Sequence record: PP886230.1
DNA length: 64,000 bases
Direction: 5' to 3' (one strand)
The notes beneath the pieces were generated by a model. It made no database searches. It had not been told where the DNA came from and worked only from the letters and a program-made list of their open reading frames with translations. The first letter of the stretch is position 1. Each line of letters starts with the position of its first letter. Below are positions 9,334-17,984 of the stretch, piece after piece. The position numbers and the translations under genes were made by a program.

Positions 9334-9374
9334 AAAAGTGGTTGACTTCGGTCAGCCATTTTGCTATTATATAT

Positions 9375-9422
9375 TCATTGAGAGATAGCTCACTAGCCCA
9401 CAGGGTGCAGGAGTGTATCTAT
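9375..9422 (+). ncRNA. CCC-ANN-GGGTG element
   Basis: motif 9397-9407; -35 (9342) lies inside a UUCG terminator-like hairpin. Confidence 0.45.
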
Positions 9423-9553
9423 TGTATAATGTTTGAGTACTGAAAACTATTTTAAAGTATTTGATAAAAAGTACTTGCAAACTATCTCAATAAGCGTATA
9501 ATGTTTTACATCGCAAGGGGAAACGGTTTCCCCTAGTAATAAGGAAACGAATC

Positions 9554-9895
9554 ATGACTATCTCAATTGCTCAATCTAACTTTGAAAATGAAATCATCGC
9601 CCAGGCACTGCGTTTAAATGATGGTCGGGCCGAAATCAATTACGGTTTCAATTCAGGCGGTTGTGAAAAATATCAGTACTTTGTAACGGCTGATGGCGGT
9701 GTACTGGGCATCAATACAGTTATTGTAAACATACAGAAAATTAATTTCAATGATCCAGACGATAGCCAGTTTTACATCACTGGCGTAGACGTGAACTATG
9801 AGGATGACTCACTAACTGATGACCACACTGGCGAGAAGTTAGAAAGTGCATACGGTGAAGATGATTATCAGTCCGGTCCAGAAGATTTCGAATAA
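9554..9895 (+). CDS. acidic hypothetical protein (DVNYED..L.DDHTG..LESAYG)
   Basis: promoter cassette and RBS. Confidence 0.8.
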   Translation: MTISIAQSNFENEIIAQALRLNDGRAEINYGFNSGGCEKYQYFVTADGGVLGINTVIVNIQKINFNDPDDSQFYITGVDVNYEDDSLTDDHTGEKLESAYGEDDYQSGPEDFE

Positions 9896-9991
9896 TATTA
9901 AAAAATAGTTTGACAATAGATTATAGTACTGTATAATAGTTTACATCAAGGGGAGAAAAACTTCTCCCCACTAACAGAGAGAGAAAACAAA

Positions 9992-10204
9992 ATGGCTAAT
10001 ATCCGGTCGAAATTAAAAAATGCAAAACAAGTTTTATTTTCAGATCATGAATACTTTAATAAAGATATTACAGGAGTTACAAGTATCAAGGAAGTAAAAG
10101 AAAAAACCGGCGTTTTGTGTGATGTGCGATTAGTTGGGACATTTGGGAATAACGTGCTATATCGCTGTGGTGATTACAATTTTACACTGACTATCATTAA
10201 CTAA
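9992..10204 (+). CDS. hypothetical early protein
   Basis: promoter cassette. Confidence 0.8.
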   Translation: MANIRSKLKNAKQVLFSDHEYFNKDITGVTSIKEVKEKTGVLCDVRLVGTFGNNVLYRCGDYNFTLTIIN

Positions 10205-10286
10205 AAATATTATCACAGTACTATTGACATAGTTTGATAGTACTGACATAATAACTTTTATCAACTACACTACTAAGGAATTAAAA

Positions 10287-10466
10287 ATGGCTATCATCGC
10301 AAAAACTGAAATCATCGGCCTGGATTCTATCATCATGACGTTTGAAGATCAAAAAGGTATGTATGTGGTTTCCTATGGTGATTATGTTCGGGAGTATGAA
10401 ACGGTAGACGAAGCCTTTGAAAGTTACATTCGCCAGGTGAATAAAGCATACGACGACTACCGCTAA
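10287..10466 (+). CDS. small hypothetical protein (59 aa)
   Basis: promoter and AAGG RBS; related to 7131. Confidence 0.7.
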   Translation: MAIIAKTEIIGLDSIIMTFEDQKGMYVVSYGDYVREYETVDEAFESYIRQVNKAYDDYR

Positions 10467-10565
10467 AATATATTACCAGTACTATTAAAGATATTGACAA
10501 CGTTTGATAGTACTGTATAATAAGTTTTATAAACAGTAGTTAACTTAACCTAAGAGAGAAATAAA

Positions 10566-10709
10566 ATGATCGCACTGGATTCATTCATCGACGCAGTACT
10601 GGCAAAAACTGGCGAGGATCTGACCGCAGAACAATACGCGATGATCGAACAATGTCAACAGGACGGTAAATCGGTGAAAGATACTGTTAAGATTATCCGC
10701 AAGATGTAA
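10566..10709 (+). CDS. small hypothetical protein (47 aa)
   Basis: own promoter; terminator-like hairpin after. Confidence 0.65.
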   Translation: MIALDSFIDAVLAKTGEDLTAEQYAMIEQCQQDGKSVKDTVKIIRKM

Positions 10710-10814
10710 GATTATAGCCCACTGGTTAACGCTGGTGGGCTTTAATTCATTACCCTATACAATGCCAGTACTAAACCGTTTATCTCGTTAGAATGCGTTA
10801 CAGGACGTTTACCA

Positions 10815-11012
10815 ATGATTAGCATGAAATCAGTACAAAAACAAATAGAAACATTATCAAAAATTAAACGTAAACAGTACTCCTTAGAATATACAATCAA
10901 TGGTAACTATCATCTAATGAAAGAAAATAATTTTATAGTCATTGATGAATCATTGCAAATCATTAGTATAGTACTGAAAGCATTAATCAATGACAGAAAA
11001 AAATTAAAATAA
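10815..11012 (+). CDS. hypothetical protein
   Basis: ORF track; weak RBS. Confidence 0.55.
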   Translation: MISMKSVQKQIETLSKIKRKQYSLEYTINGNYHLMKENNFIVIDESLQIISIVLKALINDRKKLK

Positions 11013-11049
11013 ACTATTGACAATATCATCCAGCACTGGCATAATACTT

Positions 11050-11098
11050 ACACCAAGACGAGAACGTCACTAACCCATAGGGTGCACAAATGTAACTG
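11050..11098 (+). ncRNA. CCC-ANN-GGGTG element
   Basis: motif 11074-11084 behind TTGACA-17-CATAAT (11017-11045). Confidence 0.45.
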
Positions 11099-11132
11099 TA
11101 TAATATTGATCAAAAAATGATCTGATCAATAC

Positions 11133-11160
11133 TTGATCAATTTGCGTAAAGTAGTATAAT
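11133..11160 (+). promoter_or_regulatory. promoter with GATC in the -35, inside a cluster of four GATC sites
   Basis: TTGATC-16-TATAAT; GATC at 11108, 11119, 11124, 11135. Confidence 0.5.
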
Positions 11161-11197
11161 TCTATGCAGTTGGTTAGACGAAAGGTTATGATTAGTA

Positions 11198-11344
11198 GTG
11201 CAAGTGTATAAAAATTTTCATGGTGTATCGTTCCGCACATATGGGGATGAATATGTGGTATCATGTGGATTGGAAAAAGTAAGAACAAGTAATATTATTG
11301 TCGCATTACAGTACTATAGTATTTTTATAATGAGGTTAAAATAA
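11198..11344 (+). CDS. small hypothetical protein (GTG start, or 1-nt frameshift from ATG 11188)
   Basis: TAATG-coupled to the TraR-like gene; YVVSCG pattern as in 7131/10287. Confidence 0.45.
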   Translation: MQVYKNFHGVSFRTYGDEYVVSCGLEKVRTSNIIVALQYYSIFIMRLK

Positions 11345-11601
11345 TGGCTGTAGGATTCGCGAAAGATGGGGCCGAGCAAGACGAGATTAACGCAGTGATT
11401 CAGGCCGCCGTTAACCACGCTAGAAAGCAAATTAACGCACAAATAGAATCACTGATACATTGCCTCGACTGCGGCGATATAATCCCTGAGAAACGACGCC
11501 AGGCCGTTAAGGGATGTAAGTACTGCATAACTTGCCAGGAGGATCATGATAGTACTTTTAAACGTCCCCCGCGTAATTGTTGGCATAGATCTATGAGATA
11601 A
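11344..11601 (+). CDS. DksA/TraR-family C4 zinc-finger protein (YbiI/TraR-like)
   Basis: GFAKDGAEQDEI N-terminus; CLDCGDIIPEKRRQAVKGCKYCITCQ. Confidence 0.9.
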   Translation: MAVGFAKDGAEQDEINAVIQAAVNHARKQINAQIESLIHCLDCGDIIPEKRRQAVKGCKYCITCQEDHDSTFKRPPRNCWHRSMR

Positions 11602-11664
11602 AAAGTATTGACAGTACTGAAAGATAGTGTATAATGTTTTATATCTTAACTGAGGATAGTAATC

Positions 11665-12021
11665 ATGGGAATACAACATATCACGCGTACTACTGACAAT
11701 GGCGAGATCACTGGCTATCAAGTACAGGGCAAAGTAGCACAATTGCAGTACTGGTTTGTGAAACGTGGAATCATTGCACCGGATCTTGATTATGACCGTG
11801 TAGCGTTTATTGATTCTCTTTATGTTGATCCTGATAGTCGGGGCAATGGTGAAGGTAACGAATTAATGAATGCCTTTATTGATGCCGCCGATGATTCAGA
11901 TTGTATCATTTTAGAATGCGATACGGGAGAAGATAACGCCTTTAATCTTAAAGAATGGTACGAAGGTTTCGGATTCGAGGTACTGATCGATAGTGAATAT
12001 CCTATCATGATTTTATCATAG
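11665..12021 (+). CDS. GNAT-family acetyltransferase
   Basis: IDSLYVDPDSRGNGEG (motif A), LKEWYEGFGF (motif B); own promoter. Confidence 0.85.
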   Translation: MGIQHITRTTDNGEITGYQVQGKVAQLQYWFVKRGIIAPDLDYDRVAFIDSLYVDPDSRGNGEGNELMNAFIDAADDSDCIILECDTGEDNAFNLKEWYEGFGFEVLIDSEYPIMILS

Positions 12022-12099
12022 TACTTGCATTTAGTTTTCAGTACTGTTATAGTACTTGCATCAAGGGGAAACATCTTCCCCTACTAAGAGGAAATAAAA

Positions 12100-12288
12100 A
12101 TGGAAAACTTATCAAGTATTTTAGTACAAGATGATTTCGGTAATCCTGGAAGTGCTATCATTGTTCGGGGTAATAAAGCAACGTTTGTTATTGCTGGTGG
12201 ACCAGTACAGCGTAGCATTAAAAATAATGCTGTTACCATTAATAATGTACGCTATCGCTTAGATAAAGAATTGATTCATAAACTGTAA
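12100..12288 (+). CDS. hypothetical early protein
   Basis: promoter cassette. Confidence 0.75.
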   Translation: MENLSSILVQDDFGNPGSAIIVRGNKATFVIAGGPVQRSIKNNAVTINNVRYRLDKELIHKL

Positions 12289-12315
12289 TATTAATTTAAT
12301 AGAGGATAACAATAA

Positions 12316-12639
12316 ATGTACATTCATACTACTATCACAAAGGAAGTCCGTTGCCAGTTCGAAAGTATTCCGGGCGTATGTTTCATCACTGGTACGTTTT
12401 CCCCTGGTGATCGTGATAATCCAGTACTGTTACAATTACGCCATCCATCATGGGATAAAGCATTTGATCTACCGTTGAATGAATTCGCAACTACTGCTGA
12501 AAAGTACATTAAAAATATTCGCGAGAATGATCGACTATTCATTAATGCTTTTAGTGATTCCGCGTTAAGCGAGATCCACGGCGTATTGGTTGCAATCATG
12601 GAATCAATGCAGAAAACTAAATTCAAACAAGGTGAATAA
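12316..12639 (+). CDS. hypothetical protein
   Basis: GAGG RBS. Confidence 0.75.
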   Translation: MYIHTTITKEVRCQFESIPGVCFITGTFSPGDRDNPVLLQLRHPSWDKAFDLPLNEFATTAEKYIKNIRENDRLFINAFSDSALSEIHGVLVAIMESMQKTKFKQGE

Positions 12640-12722
12640 AAACTATTGACAATGCAACCCAGTACTGTATAATAGTTTACATGAAGGGGAGAAATGATTC
12701 TCCCCACTGAGAGGAAAGAAAA

Positions 12723-12935
12723 ATGCAAGGTCAACTAATCGTTCGTAAATGGTCTGATACTAACGAAAAACCGTGGGATGTACAATACATCGGACCGGAT
12801 GGGGTATCACGTTATCAGCCTGGCGTAACGCATAGTACTGAGCAATATGCCGCCGCTCACCGCGAACGCCTGTTAGAATCCATGAAACAGGGATTCTGTG
12901 AAAAATTCATTCAAGATCATTGGCTGAAAGATTAA
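12723..12935 (+). CDS. hypothetical early protein
   Basis: promoter cassette. Confidence 0.8.
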   Translation: MQGQLIVRKWSDTNEKPWDVQYIGPDGVSRYQPGVTHSTEQYAAAHRERLLESMKQGFCEKFIQDHWLKD

Positions 12936-12952
12936 TAGAAGGAGTACAGCTT

Positions 12953-13045
12953 ATGCAAATGAATCCGATGATTATTGTTTTAGCTGTACTTATGATCATT
13001 CATGCAATTGTAGAAGTATTAACGCAATCAGGAGTAATAAAATGA
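12953..13045 (+). CDS. 30-aa membrane peptide
   Basis: AAGGAG RBS; MIIVLAVLMIIHAIV. Confidence 0.55.
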   Translation: MQMNPMIIVLAVLMIIHAIVEVLTQSGVIK

Positions 13046-13215
13046 TTCAAGTAGAATTATCAGTACTGAAAGATCTGTTTTATCGGTTAGGTACTACTGG
13101 AGAGTATCCTAAAAGTGATACCGCAAAACTTTTTGTATCACTCGACTTATGGCAACGCGAACAATTAGTAATGTCCTGGCGTAAAGGTAAAGCAGATCGC
13201 GAGGTGAAAGCATGA
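13042..13215 (+). CDS. small hypothetical protein
   Basis: GGAG RBS, ATGA-coupled. Confidence 0.6.
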   Translation: MIQVELSVLKDLFYRLGTTGEYPKSDTAKLFVSLDLWQREQLVMSWRKGKADREVKA

Positions 13216-13361
13216 AAGAATTCTTATTCGAAGTAGTGTTTCAAGGTGTCGGTAGTAACCAACTGATTCGCTCAAGTGGTTACAATGTTAACCAGGCATG
13301 GAATAACATTAAACAAATGTACCCGAACGCTATCACCTATCGCAACCCGAAAGAAGTTTAA
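13212..13361 (+). CDS. small hypothetical protein
   Basis: GAGGTG RBS, ATGA-coupled. Confidence 0.6.
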   Translation: MKEFLFEVVFQGVGSNQLIRSSGYNVNQAWNNIKQMYPNAITYRNPKEV

Positions 13362-13411
13362 AAATATTTGAAAAAGGGATTGACTCCGGTCAGTCCCTTT
13401 GCTATTATATA

Positions 13412-13455
13412 CGCATAGAAACAATTCAGCCCACCGGGTGCATAAATGTATCTAT
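13412..13455 (+). ncRNA. CCC-ANN-GGGTG element
   Basis: motif 13430-13440; -35 inside GGGATTGAC-TCCG-GTCAGTCCC hairpin. Confidence 0.45.
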
Positions 13456-13533
13456 TATATGCTGGTGGCTAGTACTGAAAACTATTTTTAAAAAGTACTT
13501 GCATTGTATTTAGAATCAAGTATAATGTTTTAC

Positions 13534-13606
13534 ATCAGGACGGGGAACGAAACAAGTAACCCCGTTAAGTAGTCCAGGAGTAAGACATACGAAAACCTCC
13601 CCTGAT
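13534..13606 (+). ncRNA. ~75-nt closed structured RNA candidate, copy 2
   Basis: near-identical to 3380-3455 with a compensatory GCC/GGC to GTC/GAC change. Confidence 0.5.
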
Positions 13607-13674
13607 AAAATAGTTTGACAATAGAAATTAAACGAGTATAATACTTACATCAACCACTGATAAGGAAACATAAA

Positions 13675-13950
13675 ATGCGGATTCTACTGACAGCTAACGA
13701 AATCGAACAAGTACTGACTACTAACCTGGAAGACTGGAAACGTGAAGCAGATATCCAGGCGGTTCAATGGTTAAATGATAAGTTAACGCCGGATGACTTA
13801 AGCAAGATTGTAGATCCTCAATTCTACGAAGATATCCACGACACCGCGTTAAGCGTCGAGGATGTACTAGATAAGCACTTTATTGATACTGATTTGCAGG
13901 TTTACGGTCGTAAAAACTTTATCACTATTCACGACATTTACAATAATTAA
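13675..13950 (+). CDS. acidic hypothetical protein
   Basis: promoter and RBS. Confidence 0.8.
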   Translation: MRILLTANEIEQVLTTNLEDWKREADIQAVQWLNDKLTPDDLSKIVDPQFYEDIHDTALSVEDVLDKHFIDTDLQVYGRKNFITIHDIYNN

Positions 13951-14037
13951 GTATTGACAAAGTATCTTAGTACTGTATAATAGTTTACATCAAGCGAGGG
14001 GAATGGTTCCCCTCCTAACTAAAAGAGAGAAATAAAA

Positions 14038-14220
14038 ATGGCTAAGTGCACTATCTGCAAGAAAGAAATAGTATTAGTTCCAAGTGCCCGTGAACGTGCC
14101 GCTCGGTTCGGTGGCAAAGCGTCAGACTATACAAAAATGTTTACTACCCATACAGCTTGCCAGGTAGCAAAACGTTCACAAGAAAGCGTAGAATTAATGC
14201 GTAAACTTTCCAAAAAATAA
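14038..14220 (+). CDS. small putative Zn-binding protein (CxxC...HxxC)
   Basis: CTIC and HTAC; promoter cassette. Confidence 0.7.
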   Translation: MAKCTICKKEIVLVPSARERAARFGGKASDYTKMFTTHTACQVAKRSQESVELMRKLSKK

Positions 14221-14308
14221 GTATTGACAAAGTATCTTAGTACTGTATAATAGTTTACATCAAGTGAGGGGAAACGGTTCCCCTCCTAACAAAGAGAGAG
14301 AAATAAAA

Positions 14309-14632
14309 ATGGCTATGATCCTTGCCCAGAAAGTAGAATTGAAAATTGTAACCTCCTTTGACATTAACGTTAATCGGTGGACTGATTCACACGGCAATAC
14401 TTACCACTCTTGCTACGTGTCTGCGTTAATTGGCGACCGCTGGGAAGACCTGGGACACGAAACCTTTACATACGGTTACGGTACACAAGGCGAATACACG
14501 GGCTTGGAGATCATTAAAGAAACCGTTATAGGTTTCAACCCGAAAGAAAAAGTTATTCACCGCATCGAGGAAGAGATCAACAAAGAAATAACAGTTCGCT
14601 ACCACGATGTAAAACGTAAGAAAGACATGTAA
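14309..14632 (+). CDS. hypothetical protein, paralog of 7425
   Basis: shared motifs; start moved from 14264. Confidence 0.8.
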   Translation: MAMILAQKVELKIVTSFDINVNRWTDSHGNTYHSCYVSALIGDRWEDLGHETFTYGYGTQGEYTGLEIIKETVIGFNPKEKVIHRIEEEINKEITVRYHDVKRKKDM

Positions 14633-14727
14633 TAGAATCCATTTAAAGTACTATTTGACATTGCCCAGATAGTACTTTATAATAGACTCTAACTTGTAGT
14701 ACTAACTTAACTAATAGGATGTATACC

Positions 14728-15123
14728 ATGATTACTAAATTCTACGCTACCCGTGAAGCTGCCCGTATTGTTGCACGCGAGGAAGGCGAAACATTTAAAG
14801 ACATGGGCAAAGATGCACCGAAAGGTCAACGCTGGGCCGTACAGTTCAAAGAGATCTCTGATATTGTGAATTCACCGGAGCCAGTACTAACAGCAGCAGA
14901 ACTAAAACGAGCGGATTTACTGGCGTCAATACTTGATGCACAAGATGAGTTTATCGCTGATTCTGATATCAAAGTACAGACAAACCACACCGCTTGGACT
15001 CACGCGGATCACCTGGCAAACCTTAAGCGTCCAAGTGAACTGATTCGCAACCAGAAAGAGATCCGACACGACCGTAAGGGTAATCGTGTAACAGTATACA
15101 GTAAACGCCGCCAGGTTATCTAA
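14728..15123 (+). CDS. hypothetical protein, paralog of 2511
   Basis: shared motifs; terminator at 15146-15170. Confidence 0.8.
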   Translation: MITKFYATREAARIVAREEGETFKDMGKDAPKGQRWAVQFKEISDIVNSPEPVLTAAELKRADLLASILDAQDEFIADSDIKVQTNHTAWTHADHLANLKRPSELIRNQKEIRHDRKGNRVTVYSKRRQVI

Positions 15124-15184
15124 TAACTTGCAGTACTAACAACACGGCGGGATCAGTTCCCGCCTTTTTTATAGGACAAACAAA

Positions 15185-15439
15185 ATGATTAAGGTTCAAC
15201 TATATAAAGATAACATCTTACGGGTACACTATAAAGCACCTCAGAGAATCATCACAAAGGCCGTACAGCTTGCTAATGAGTTTATTAATGGTAACCTATT
15301 ACCAAGGAAGTTAAGCAACGGGAAACTGCGTGTAATCGATGTGGACACTAACAACAGAATAGTAATAGAGAACACAGGAAAAATAAACCTATATGAACAC
15401 CAACAATATAATAAGAAAATAAAACTAATATCACGTTGA
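15185..15439 (+). CDS. possible RelE/ParE-fold protein
   Basis: basic 84 aa; RKL..GKLRVIDV...RIV...LYEHQQYNK pattern recalled from ParE-like families. Confidence 0.4.
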   Translation: MIKVQLYKDNILRVHYKAPQRIITKAVQLANEFINGNLLPRKLSNGKLRVIDVDTNNRIVIENTGKINLYEHQQYNKKIKLISR

Positions 15440-15492
15440 CAGTACTCAAATGTTTTAGTACTATATGTACATACCAACACGGGGGAAACAAA

Positions 15493-15735
15493 ATGATTAC
15501 TTTAGAAAAACGTATCAAAGAAACTACATCGCTGGTGGAACTGTTAACAGTACTCAAATGTAAAACAACACCATTCAGCACGCCGGACTTTATTAATATG
15601 GTTGATGTTAATGGTCGCTATCGTATCACGGTCGAACAAGGAGCGGCGAAAGTATTCAGTACTAAAAACACGAAGGAAGTGATCCACGCCGTTAATGTTA
15701 AAAAAGTAGTTGCCATTGATAGTAAAGTACTGTAA
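15493..15735 (+). CDS. hypothetical protein
   Basis: promoter at ~15436; start moved. Confidence 0.75.
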   Translation: MITLEKRIKETTSLVELLTVLKCKTTPFSTPDFINMVDVNGRYRITVEQGAAKVFSTKNTKEVIHAVNVKKVVAIDSKVL

Positions 15736-15766
15736 GATAGTTACATTAACTCAAGGAGAACATGCA

Positions 15767-16351
15767 ATGCGTAATTATACTAAATTCATCCGTACACTGT
15801 CAGAAATGGAAACCAACAAAGAGATCCTTTCAGCTTGTCGGTTAGCTGGCCTGGAGATCATCGGTGCTGGTTCTTCCCGTATAGTATTCGCTTTAAATGA
15901 TCGGTTAGTGATTAAGGTCGCGAATTGTGATGCGGGTGTAGAACAAAATGAAACTGAATGTAAGGTATGGAATTTTTTAGACTATGACCGCCCTCAGTTG
16001 AAACAGTACTTTGCAAAGGTGCATATGCATTTATGCGATCCTGATAATATGTTTATCGTTATGGATCGGTTGAGTACTGCAAGCAAAGGCAGCGTAAAGC
16101 ACGTTAACGCGTGCAACGAATTAAAGTATAATATTAAACGTAATGCCATTGAACGCCAGCACCGCTTTGCTGATGCACTACAACACGTTGATGATACATT
16201 ATCAACACTAACGATAAGAGATATCAGAAAACAGAATATCGGCCAGGATCGTAATGGACTTATTAAAGTACTTGATTACGGTTTAACCCGCAATATCTGG
16301 AATCAGTACTATAAAAAGCGTGATGTAGAAGCAAGTAAGGTAACACGATAA
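15767..16351 (+). CDS. protein kinase-like (Ser/Thr kinase fold) protein
   Basis: IGAGSSRIVF (Gly loop), VIKVA (Lys), EQNETE (helix C), DIRKQNIG (catalytic loop), VLDYG (DFG-like). Confidence 0.8.
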   Translation: MRNYTKFIRTLSEMETNKEILSACRLAGLEIIGAGSSRIVFALNDRLVIKVANCDAGVEQNETECKVWNFLDYDRPQLKQYFAKVHMHLCDPDNMFIVMDRLSTASKGSVKHVNACNELKYNIKRNAIERQHRFADALQHVDDTLSTLTIRDIRKQNIGQDRNGLIKVLDYGLTRNIWNQYYKKRDVEASKVTR

Positions 16352-16403
16352 AAAAAGATTAAAAAAGGGATTGACTCCGGTCAGTCCCTTTGCTATTATA
16401 TAT

Positions 16404-16451
16404 TCATTGAGAGATAACTCACTGACCCATAGGGTGCGGAAGTGTATCTAT
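16404..16451 (+). ncRNA. CCC-ANN-GGGTG element
   Basis: motif 16426-16436; same hairpin-promoter upstream. Confidence 0.45.
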
Positions 16452-16573
16452 TATATAAGTATTCAGTACTGAAAACTATTTTTAAAAAGTACTTGCATTG
16501 TACTTAGAATCAAGTATAATGTTTTATATCGAGAGGGGAAATGGTTCTCCCTCAAAGAACAAGGAATAAAATC

Positions 16574-16795
16574 ATGACTACAATGACTTGCATTCACGCT
16601 TCAAACCTGCTTAATGATGCGGCCTTTAATGTTGAAACAGAATATCAATGTTATCGGGATGAAAATAAAAAAGTTTTTGTAGTTGATAATAATGGTTTCC
16701 ATATTGAATTGCAATCCGGCTTCACTGGCGTTGATGGTAAATCAGTATGGGGCGTACAGGATGATAAAGGCACATATCATTTTAAACGTAATTAA
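16574..16795 (+). CDS. hypothetical early protein
   Basis: promoter cassette; start moved from 16541. Confidence 0.8.
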   Translation: MTTMTCIHASNLLNDAAFNVETEYQCYRDENKKVFVVDNNGFHIELQSGFTGVDGKSVWGVQDDKGTYHFKRN

Positions 16796-16881
16796 GTATT
16801 GACAAAGTATATCAGTACTGTATAATAGTTTACATCAAGGGGAGAATAGTTCTCCCCACACCAATAAAAGGAAACATAATT

Positions 16882-17154
16882 ATGTCTAGCTACTCCGCTA
16901 CTATGATCATTAAAGATATGAACGGTAATCCTACTTCTGCTGGTGGATCATTTGGAAACATTAATTTAGATGGTCGGTTATCCATGCAATCAGCAATCGA
17001 TGCAGCGAAAGAAGTTTTTAAGAATGAATGTACTGTTAGTAAGCTGGATTATATGGGATTTGCTATCGAAAAAACTAATCGTTTTGTGGACTACAAAAAA
17101 CCACTGATGATTGATACTAACCTGAAAGCAAACGAAGTGGAGTACTTATTATGA
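16882..17154 (+). CDS. hypothetical early protein
   Basis: promoter cassette. Confidence 0.8.
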   Translation: MSSYSATMIIKDMNGNPTSAGGSFGNINLDGRLSMQSAIDAAKEVFKNECTVSKLDYMGFAIEKTNRFVDYKKPLMIDTNLKANEVEYLL

Positions 17155-17342
17155 CAGTTGAAGAAGTAAAAAAAGTACTGGCAGTACTACGCTATCATAA
17201 TCATTGTAAGGTGAAGAATGATCCTGATTATCTTGATTCATCCCTGGAAGAGGATACACTACAAGCAATAAGCCATATGCAAAAAATGCTTAAGCGTATG
17301 ACCGAAAAGAACAGGCCAGACTATATCGGAAATAAAATTTAA
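17151..17342 (+). CDS. hypothetical protein
   Basis: ATGA-coupled, GGAG RBS. Confidence 0.75.
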   Translation: MTVEEVKKVLAVLRYHNHCKVKNDPDYLDSSLEEDTLQAISHMQKMLKRMTEKNRPDYIGNKI

Positions 17343-17428
17343 AAAGTACTTGCATTGTAGTTAGATTAACGTATAATGTTTTACATAGAGCGGGGGAATA
17401 GTTCTCCCGCCAGTCCAGGAGATACACC

Positions 17429-17692
17429 ATGAACACTATCGAAATCACTATCAATGCACACGTATACGACAACGTAGTACTGCAAACTACTATGACCGCT
17501 AATGATACCAGTACTTTGCGGAATACTGTTATTAGTGCCGTATGTGCCGCTATCGGTGATGTCGCCCTGGAAAATGCAAAACACGTAAACGATGGTTTCA
17601 CTATGTGCAAACGTGATAACGCAAAACATATCATCGTGGAAGGTTACGGCGGTGTAGAATTTAATGTTTATATGAAAAAAGTACTTGCATAA
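17429..17692 (+). CDS. hypothetical early protein
   Basis: promoter cassette. Confidence 0.8.
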   Translation: MNTIEITINAHVYDNVVLQTTMTANDTSTLRNTVISAVCAAIGDVALENAKHVNDGFTMCKRDNAKHIIVEGYGGVEFNVYMKKVLA

Positions 17693-17759
17693 TAACTAAA
17701 ACAAAGTATAATGTTTTGCATAGGGGGAGATATCCTCCCCCACTAAAAGGAGTACTAAA

Positions 17760-17984
17760 ATGGCTAACTTTGATGAACTGATGCGGGAAGTAGCTAACCT
17801 GGCAGAAGAGAAGAAATCATTCGATTCTATCTATAACACCGCTCATCGTGATTCAGTACTGGCATGTAACCAGGATCAAAAAGATGAACTAATCGCCACC
17901 TATCATGAAGCATGGAAGTACTACCGACAATGGGAGAAAGAAGAAAGCGAGTCTACCATCAACGGCATCAATAATCTAATCTAA
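17760..17984 (+). CDS. hypothetical early protein
   Basis: promoter cassette. Confidence 0.8.
   Translation: MANFDELMREVANLAEEKKSFDSIYNTAHRDSVLACNQDQKDELIATYHEAWKYYRQWEKEESESTINGINNLI

Noticed and set aside
16417-16440. CCC-ANN-GGGTG copy matching the type I-F CRISPR repeat at 14 of 19 positions
   Set aside because: The 5-bp stem and 5-nt loop that Cas6f recognises are not preserved (only 2 of 5 pairs in register), and other copies match less well.
366-17000. TACTGTATA in promoters as LexA/SOS half-sites
   Set aside because: No CTG-N10-CAG partner half-site in the instances I checked; explained by AGTACTG abutting TATAAT.
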